DNA of 22,980 bases, taken from IMG/VR virus record IMGVR_UViG_2547132417_000017. One strand, 5' to 3'. The stretch is from a virus. Its lineage: Duplodnaviria > Heunggongvirae > Uroviricota > Caudoviricetes. Each line of letters begins with the position of its first letter. Within the stretch, counting starts at the first letter, position 1. The notes below the pieces were generated by a model that worked only from the letters and a program-made list of their open reading frames with translations, searched no databases and was not told where the DNA came from. The position numbers were made by a program, and so were the translations under genes. Below are positions 16,615 to 22,980 of this stretch, in pieces.

Positions 16615-17793
16615 ATGAGTGATTTTCACCACGGCACGCAGGCCATCGAAATCAATGACGGAACGCGTGTTATTTCTACGGTCGCGACTGCAATTGTCGG
16701 CATGGTCTGCACGGCCAGCGATGCGGATGCCGCGACATTCCCTCTCAACGAGCCGGTACTGATTACCAATGTGCAGAGCGCCATTGCGAAAGCCGGTAAA
16801 AAAGGCACGCTGTCTGCCTCCCTGCAGGCCATCGCCGACCAGTCAAAGCCCGTCACCGTTGTCGTGCGTGTTGCCGAAGGTACCGGAGAAGACGCGGAAG
16901 CGCAGACCATTTCAAATATCATCGGCGGCACGGATGAGAACGGTAAATACACCGGTATCAAGGCGCTGTTGACTGCCGAAGCGGTCACCGGCGTTAAGCC
17001 GCGCATTCTCGGCGTGCCGGGGCTCGATACCAAAGAGGTCGCAGTCGCACTTGCGTCGGTCTGTATCAGCCTGCGCGCCTTTGGTTATGTCAGCGCATGG
17101 GGTTGTAAAACCATTTCCGAGGCGATGGCCTATCGCGAGAATTTCAGCCAGCGCGAGCTGATGGTCATCTGGCCTGATTTCCTTGCATGGGATACCACCA
17201 CAAACGCCACCGCACCGGCATACGCAACTGCGCGCGCACTCGGCCTGCGTGCCTATATCGACCAGACCGTCGGCTGGCACAAAACCCTGTCTAACGTCGG
17301 CGTGCAGGGTGTTACCGGCATCAGTGCGTCAGTGTTTTGGGATTTGCAGGCATCCGGCACCGATGCTGATCTGCTCAACGAGGCCGGGGTCACGACACTG
17401 GTGCGTAAGGATGGCTTCCGCTTTTGGGGTAACCGCACCTGCTCTGATGACCCGCTTTTCCTGTTTGAGAACTACACCCGCACCGCGCAGGTGCTGGCCG
17501 ACACGATGGCCGAGGCGCACATGTGGGCGGTCGATAAGCCCATCACCGCATCACTTATCCGTGACATTGTCGACGGCATTAACGCCAAATTCCGCGAGCT
17601 GAAATCAAACGGCTACATCGTGGACGGTGAATGCTGGTTCGACGAGGAATCGAACGATAAGGAAACCCTCAAGGCCGGGAAACTGTATATCGACTACGAC
17701 TATACACCGGTTCCACCACTGGAAAGCCTAACCCTGCGCCAGCGTATCACCGATAAATATCTGGTGGATCTGGCCGAATCGGTCAACAGCTAA
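16615..17793 (+). CDS. FI: Contractile tail sheath protein (P2 gpFI-like)
   Basis: 392 aa at the FI position of the P2 order. Confidence 0.94.
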   Translation: MSDFHHGTQAIEINDGTRVISTVATAIVGMVCTASDADAATFPLNEPVLITNVQSAIAKAGKKGTLSASLQAIADQSKPVTVVVRVAEGTGEDAEAQTISNIIGGTDENGKYTGIKALLTAEAVTGVKPRILGVPGLDTKEVAVALASVCISLRAFGYVSAWGCKTISEAMAYRENFSQRELMVIWPDFLAWDTTTNATAPAYATARALGLRAYIDQTVGWHKTLSNVGVQGVTGISASVFWDLQASGTDADLLNEAGVTTLVRKDGFRFWGNRTCSDDPLFLFENYTRTAQVLADTMAEAHMWAVDKPITASLIRDIVDGINAKFRELKSNGYIVDGECWFDEESNDKETLKAGKLYIDYDYTPVPPLESLTLRQRITDKYLVDLAESVNS

Positions 17794-17808
17794 GGAGCCT
17801 GAAACAAC

Positions 17809-18327
17809 ATGGCACTACCCCGCAAACTTAAATATCTGAACATGTTCAATGATGGCCTTAGCTACATGGGCGTTGTGGAATCCGTGACGCTGCCGAAGCT
17901 GACCCGCAAGCTCGAAAACTATCGCGGCGGCGGCATGAATGGCGCGGCGGCGATTGACCTTGGTCTCGACGATGATGCGCTCACCGTCGAATGGTCTGTC
18001 GGTGGCCTGCCTGATGTGGCGCTGTGGGCGCAGTACGCCGCGCCGGGTGCTGACGCTGTGCCGTTGCGTTTTGCTGGCTCTTACCAACGTGACGACACTG
18101 GCGAAATCGTGGCGGTCGAGGTGGTCATGCGTGGCCGTCATAAAGAAATCGACGGCGGCGAGAATAAGCAGGGTGAAAACACCTCGACCAAACTGTCGAC
18201 CGTATGCACCTATTACCGCCTCACGATTGATGGTAGCGACGTCATCGAAATCGACACCGTCAACATGGTTGAGAAGGTGAACGGCGTCGACCGTCTGGAA
18301 CAGCACCGCCGCGCAATCGGGCTGTAA
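17809..18327 (+). CDS. FII: Tail tube protein (P2 gpFII-like)
   Basis: 172 aa following the sheath gene. Confidence 0.93.
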   Translation: MALPRKLKYLNMFNDGLSYMGVVESVTLPKLTRKLENYRGGGMNGAAAIDLGLDDDALTVEWSVGGLPDVALWAQYAAPGADAVPLRFAGSYQRDDTGEIVAVEVVMRGRHKEIDGGENKQGENTSTKLSTVCTYYRLTIDGSDVIEIDTVNMVEKVNGVDRLEQHRRAIGL

Positions 18328-18390
18328 TTCCCTGACCGGTCAGCACTGCTGGCCGGTTATTAATCCCCATTCAGAACAGAGAAAAACATC

Positions 18391-18726
18391 ATGGCAAAAG
18401 CACCACGTAAAACCGCTGAATTTGTTGATATGGCTGGCAATGAAATTGACACCGTAAACCCGAACGTCGTGACCCTCGACAAGCCGATTAAGCGCGCCGG
18501 TCAGGCGATTGATAAAGTCACACTGATTGAGCCGAACGCCGGTACCCTGCGCGGTGTCAGTCTGGCAGCGGTGGCGCAGTCCGAAGTCGATGCGCTGATT
18601 AAGGTATTGCCACGCATGACCTACCCCGCGCTTACGGCGCAGGAGCTTACCGCAATGAACCTGCCCGATATGCTGTCGCTGGCCGCTAAGGTGATTGGTT
18701 TTTTGTCACCGGCTTCGGCGGAGTAG
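18391..18726 (+). CDS. E: Tail assembly chaperone E (P2 gpE-like), zero-frame product
   Basis: 111 aa. The slippery heptamer TTTTTTG lies at 18699-18705 near the 3' end. Confidence 0.88.
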   Translation: MAKAPRKTAEFVDMAGNEIDTVNPNVVTLDKPIKRAGQAIDKVTLIEPNAGTLRGVSLAAVAQSEVDALIKVLPRMTYPALTAQELTAMNLPDMLSLAAKVIGFLSPASAE

Positions 18727-18878
18727 ATTTCCCGCCCGACCTGTCGACCGATGACCTGATGGCGGATATCGCGGTGATATTCCACTGGCCGCTATCAGAT
18801 CTCTATTCCCTGAGCCTGACCGAGCTCATCACATGGCGCGAAAAGGCGCTGCAGCGTAGCGGACACCACAATGAGTAA
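18391..18878 (+). CDS. E': Tail assembly chaperone E+E', predicted -1 programmed frameshift product
   Basis: After a -1 slip at TTTTTTG (18699-18705) the -1 frame stays open to TAA at 18876-18878. My hand translation of the extension is FFVTGFGGVDFPPDLSTDDLMADIAVIFHWPLSDLYSLSLTELITWREKALQRSGHHNE, which resembles the P2 E' extension. It ends overlapping the start of T. Confidence 0.7.
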
Positions 18879-21315
18879 TAACCTGAGACTTGAGGTTTTG
18901 CTGAAAGCGGTCGACCAGGCGACCCGACCGCTTAAATCCATCCAGACCGCGAGTAAAACCCTGTCGGGTGATATTCGCGACACACAAAATGGGCTGCGTG
19001 ACCTGAACGGGCAGGCCGCGAAAATCGACGGCTTTCGCAAAACCAGCGCTCAACTGGCCGTAACCGGCCAGTCGCTGGAGAAGGCAAAGCGCGAGGCTGA
19101 AGCGCTTGCCACGCAATTCAAAAATACTGAGCGCCCGACGCGAGCGCAGGCACAGGTGCTCGAATCCGCAAAACGTGCCGCCGAGGGACTGCAGGTTAAA
19201 TACAACAGCCTCACCGAGTCGGTTAAACGCCAGCAACGCGAGCTGGGTGCCGCCGGTATCAATACCCGCAATCTGGCAAACGATGAGCGGGGGCTTAAAA
19301 CACGCATCAGCGAGACGACGGCGCAGCTCAACCGGCAGCGTGAAGCATTGGCGAAGGTCAGCGCACAGCAGGCACACCTAAACCGAGTGAAAGAGCGATA
19401 TAAATCGGGTAAGGAGCTTGCCGGTAACATGGCTGCTGCAGGTGCTGCCGGGGTCGGTATTGCGACAGCGGGAACGATGGCCGGGGTTAAATTGCTGATG
19501 CCCGGTTATGACTTTGCGCAAAAAAACTCCGAGCTGCAGGCTGTGCTCGGGGTCGATAAGCAGTCACCAGAAATGGAGGCGCTACGCAAACAGGCACGCC
19601 AGCTCGGCGATAACTCAGCGGCCTCAGCAGATGATGCCGCCGCCGCGCAGATTATCGTAGCCAAATCTGGCGCAGATAAAGACGGCATAGTGGCGCAAAC
19701 ACCGGCCATTCTGAATATGTCGCTGGCAAATAAAAAAACTATGGAGGAAAACGCCGCTTTGCTTATTGGCACCAAATCGGCATTCGGGCTCGCAGATGAC
19801 AAGGCATCGCATATAGCAGATGTCATATCGATGGCGATAAATAAAACACAGGCATCATTTGAGGGATTAAACGACTCACTTACATATGTTGGTCCAGTTG
19901 CCAAAGATGCCGGTGTCAGCCTAGAAGAAACCGCCGCGATGCTGGGTGCGTTACACGATGCAAAAATCATAGGTTCGATGGCAGGAACCGGTAGCCGAGC
20001 TGTTTTAAGTCGACTGCAGGCTCCAACTGGCAAAGCCTATGATGCCATTAAAGAGCTTGGCGTTAAGACGATGGATAAAAAAGGCAATACACGGCCAATC
20101 TTTACCATCCTGAAAGAAATACAAGCCAGCTTTAAGCGCAACAACCTCGGTACAGGTCAAAAAGCCGAGTATATGAAAACGATATTCGGCGAGGAAGCCA
20201 GTTCCGCTGCAAGTGTGTTAATGGCCGCAGCGGCCAGTGGAAAACTGGATGAACTGACCAAGATAATTAAGGATTCTGACGGTAAAACCGAGGAATTGGT
20301 TAAGGTCATGCAGGATAACTTAGGTGGCGACTTCAAAGAGTTTCAATCCGCTTATGAGGCCGTCGGTACCGACCTCTACGACCAGCAAGATAGCTCATTG
20401 CGTCAGCTAACTCAGACAGCAACACGGTATGTGCTAAAGCTTGATGACTGGATCAAAGACAACAAGGAGTTAGCGGAAAATATCGGCATCATCGCCGGTG
20501 GTGCGCTGGCGCTGATTGGTATCATCGGCGGCATTGGTCTCGTTGCGTGGCCGGTTGTCATGGGGATTAATGCCATTATCGCCGCTGCTGGCGTGCTGGG
20601 TACGGTCTTTACTGTCGTCGGTAGTGCCATTGCGACAGCGCTCGGTGCGATTACCTGGCCGATAGTGGCCGTCGGTGCGGCGATTGTGGCGGGGGCGCTA
20701 CTCATCCGTAAATATTGGGAGCCCATCAGCGCATTTTTCTCGGGAGTGATTGAGGGCATCATGAGTGCCTTTGCCCCAGTCGGGGAAATGTTCGCTCCAC
20801 TGGCTCCCATTTTTGATGGTCTCGGCGAGAAACTGCGCGGCGTCTGGCAGTGGTTTAAAGACCTGATAGCACCGGTTAAGGCCACGCAGGAAACGCTTGA
20901 TAGCTGCAAAAATGTCGGCGTCATATTTGGTCAGGCACTGGCCTCTGCCTTGATGGCTCCGCTCAATGTTTTTAACAAGCTGCGCAGCGGTGTCGACTGG
21001 CTTCTCGAAAAGCTCGGCATCATCAACAAAGAGTCGGACAGCCTCGACCAGACCGCCGCCAAAACCAATGCCGCCACACAGGGTAATTCCTACATCCCGG
21101 CAACCAGCACATATGGCGGCTATCAGGCTTATCAGCCAGTTACCGCACCGGCGGGGCGCTCTTACATTGACCAGAGCAAAAGCGAATACAACATCAATCT
21201 GCCGGGAGGTGTTGCGCCGGGGCATCAGCTTGACAGACAACTACGCGACACGCTCGAACAGATTGAGCGCGATAAACGCGCCCGCCAGCGTGCCAACATG
21301 ACCCACGACTATTGA
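18871..21315 (+). CDS. T: Tail tape measure protein (P2 gpT-like)
   Basis: 814 aa, with an N-terminal coiled-coil region, a central domain, and a glycine-rich hydrophobic segment. Confidence 0.93.
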   Translation: MSNNLRLEVLLKAVDQATRPLKSIQTASKTLSGDIRDTQNGLRDLNGQAAKIDGFRKTSAQLAVTGQSLEKAKREAEALATQFKNTERPTRAQAQVLESAKRAAEGLQVKYNSLTESVKRQQRELGAAGINTRNLANDERGLKTRISETTAQLNRQREALAKVSAQQAHLNRVKERYKSGKELAGNMAAAGAAGVGIATAGTMAGVKLLMPGYDFAQKNSELQAVLGVDKQSPEMEALRKQARQLGDNSAASADDAAAAQIIVAKSGADKDGIVAQTPAILNMSLANKKTMEENAALLIGTKSAFGLADDKASHIADVISMAINKTQASFEGLNDSLTYVGPVAKDAGVSLEETAAMLGALHDAKIIGSMAGTGSRAVLSRLQAPTGKAYDAIKELGVKTMDKKGNTRPIFTILKEIQASFKRNNLGTGQKAEYMKTIFGEEASSAASVLMAAAASGKLDELTKIIKDSDGKTEELVKVMQDNLGGDFKEFQSAYEAVGTDLYDQQDSSLRQLTQTATRYVLKLDDWIKDNKELAENIGIIAGGALALIGIIGGIGLVAWPVVMGINAIIAAAGVLGTVFTVVGSAIATALGAITWPIVAVGAAIVAGALLIRKYWEPISAFFSGVIEGIMSAFAPVGEMFAPLAPIFDGLGEKLRGVWQWFKDLIAPVKATQETLDSCKNVGVIFGQALASALMAPLNVFNKLRSGVDWLLEKLGIINKESDSLDQTAAKTNAATQGNSYIPATSTYGGYQAYQPVTAPAGRSYIDQSKSEYNINLPGGVAPGHQLDRQLRDTLEQIERDKRARQRANMTHDY

Positions 21316-21328
21316 GGGGGATTAAACG

Positions 21329-21814
21329 ATGATGCTTGCTCTCGGAATGTTTGTGTTTGAACTTCGCACCCTGCCTTACCAGTCGATGCAGCATTCGAAA
21401 GATTATCGCTGGGTGTCCAATGACCGGGTGGGTAAACCACCTGCCTATCAGTTTCTTGGCGAGGGGGAAACCTCTATACAGCTTGCTGGTACGCTATACC
21501 CCGCTATCACTGGCGGTTGGATCTCACTTAAGGCTGTAGAGGTGATGGCCAATGAAGGCAGAGCGTGGCCGTTGATAGAGGGAACCGGAAATATCCTCGG
21601 GATGTATATCGTCGATAAAGTATCGACTACACGCACCGAGTTTTTCAGTGATGGTGCGGCCAGAAAGATTGATTTCACGCTTTCGCTAAAACGGGTTGAT
21701 GAATCGCTGACAGAGATGTTTGGTGACCTGAATAAACAGGCCAGTGAGCTTCTCGGCTCTGCCGGTAATTTGACAGATAAACTGCAGGGTATGCCCGGAG
21801 GTTTCACTGCATGA
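21329..21814 (+). CDS. U: Tail protein U (P2 gpU-like)
   Basis: 161 aa following T. Confidence 0.9.
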   Translation: MMLALGMFVFELRTLPYQSMQHSKDYRWVSNDRVGKPPAYQFLGEGETSIQLAGTLYPAITGGWISLKAVEVMANEGRAWPLIEGTGNILGMYIVDKVSTTRTEFFSDGAARKIDFTLSLKRVDESLTEMFGDLNKQASELLGSAGNLTDKLQGMPGGFTA

Positions 21815-22980
21815 TAACGGGGATGGCAATTGACGCCGGTGCCAGCCTTGCACCGGCTTTTATGCTGACGCTGAACAGTCAGGACATTACCAGCAATTTT
21901 AGTGACCGATTGATTTCTCTCACCATGACGGACAATAGGGGCTTTGAAGCTGACCAGCTCGACATTGAGCTCGATGACACCGATGGGAAAGTCGAGTTAC
22001 CCCTGCGCGGGGCAGTGCTGACGTTGTGGCTTTGCTGGCAGGGGTCGGCGCTGCTGAATAAGGGGGGTTTTACGGGCGATGAGATTGAGCACCGGGGGGC
22101 TCCTGATACCCTGACCATCCGGGCGCGCAGCGCGGACTTTCGCGGCACGCTAAATTCCAGGCGTGAAGAGTCATGGCACGACACCACCATCGGCGAACTG
22201 GTCAGTACCATCGCAAAGCGCAACAAACTGACGGCCAACATTGCGGAATCGCTGAAAAAAATCCCGGTACCGCATATCGACCAGTCGCAGGAATCCGACG
22301 CGGTATTTTTGAGTCGACTGGCTGACCGCAACGGGGCAACGGTATCGGTGAAGGCAGGGAAACTGTTGTTTCTGAAAGCCGGTAGTGCGATGACGGCCAG
22401 CGGCAAACCCGTCCCGCAAATGACGCTGACCCGCAGTGATGGTGACCGTCATCAGTTTGCCATTGCCGACCGTGGGGCTTATACCGGCGTCACTGCTAAA
22501 TGGTTGCACACCAAAGCCCCGAAGCCACAAAAGCAGAAAGTAACGCTGAAACGCAAGCCAAAAGAGAAGCACCTGCGCGCACTGGAACACCCAAAAGCAA
22601 AGCCGGTCAGCAAAAAGACAAAGGTCAAAAAAGAACAGGAAGCACGTGAGGGTGAGTACATGGCCGGTGAAGCCGATAACGTGCTGGCGCTGACGACGGT
22701 CTATGCCTCAAAGGCACAGGCGATGCGCGCCGCTCAGGCTAAGTGGGATAAACTGCAGCGAGGCGTTGCGGAGTTTTCAATCACACTGGCGCTAGGGCGA
22801 GCGGATTTATTTCCTGAGACGCCTGTACGCGTGTCAGGCTTTAAGCGCGTCATAGACGAGCAGGCATGGTTAATCAGCAAGGTGACCCACAACCTCAATA
22901 ATAACGGCTTCACGACGGGCTTAGAGCTTGAGGTTAAACTCTCCGATGTGGAATACAGCTCAGAAGAAAATGAGGAGTGA
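21811..22980 (+). CDS. D: Tail protein D (P2 gpD-like)
   Basis: 389 aa. Start overlaps the U stop, and the stop codon is the last three bases of the window. Confidence 0.92.
   Translation: MITGMAIDAGASLAPAFMLTLNSQDITSNFSDRLISLTMTDNRGFEADQLDIELDDTDGKVELPLRGAVLTLWLCWQGSALLNKGGFTGDEIEHRGAPDTLTIRARSADFRGTLNSRREESWHDTTIGELVSTIAKRNKLTANIAESLKKIPVPHIDQSQESDAVFLSRLADRNGATVSVKAGKLLFLKAGSAMTASGKPVPQMTLTRSDGDRHQFAIADRGAYTGVTAKWLHTKAPKPQKQKVTLKRKPKEKHLRALEHPKAKPVSKKTKVKKEQEAREGEYMAGEADNVLALTTVYASKAQAMRAAQAKWDKLQRGVAEFSITLALGRADLFPETPVRVSGFKRVIDEQAWLISKVTHNLNNNGFTTGLELEVKLSDVEYSSEENEE

Noticed and set aside
19506-20924. Minus-strand ORFs of 175 and 170 aa inside the tape measure gene
   Set aside because: Antisense within a long, confidently called gene; alanine- and serine-rich translations reflect the codon bias of the sense strand.
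1-22980. CRISPR arrays, tRNA or rRNA genes, integrase or transposase genes, and att sites
   Set aside because: I found no short direct repeats with regular spacers, no tRNA-like cloverleaf candidates, and no recombinase-like ORFs. The integrase and regulatory region of a P2-like prophage would lie outside this window.

Overview
This window is the late (morphogenesis and lysis) region of a P2-like myovirus prophage from a high-GC enterobacterial host, with gene order and protein sequences readable directly from the ORF track: Q-P on the minus strand, then O-N-M-L-X-holin-K-lysB/lysC-R-S, V-W-J-I-H-G, FI-FII-E/E'-T-U-D on the plus strand. D ends exactly at the window end. Three things are not standard structural genes. 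(1) A cos-proximal cargo island at 1..2700, in the position P2 uses for old/tin, holds a ClbS/DfsB-like gene fragment, a DinI-like gene, a 69-aa ORF, an AT-rich HNH-nuclease-domain protein with an unassigned C-terminal domain, a 19-bp match to the P2/186 cos cohesive-end sequence, and a DUF2188-like gene. (2) An AT-rich reverse-strand gene is inserted between S and V. (3) A ~75-nt element is duplicated immediately downstream of two unrelated small genes. The HNH protein and the S-V insert are the best candidates for undescribed accessory functions such as anti-phage defence or lysogenic conversion. All family assignments are from reading the translations and from memory of the families; no database search was run.
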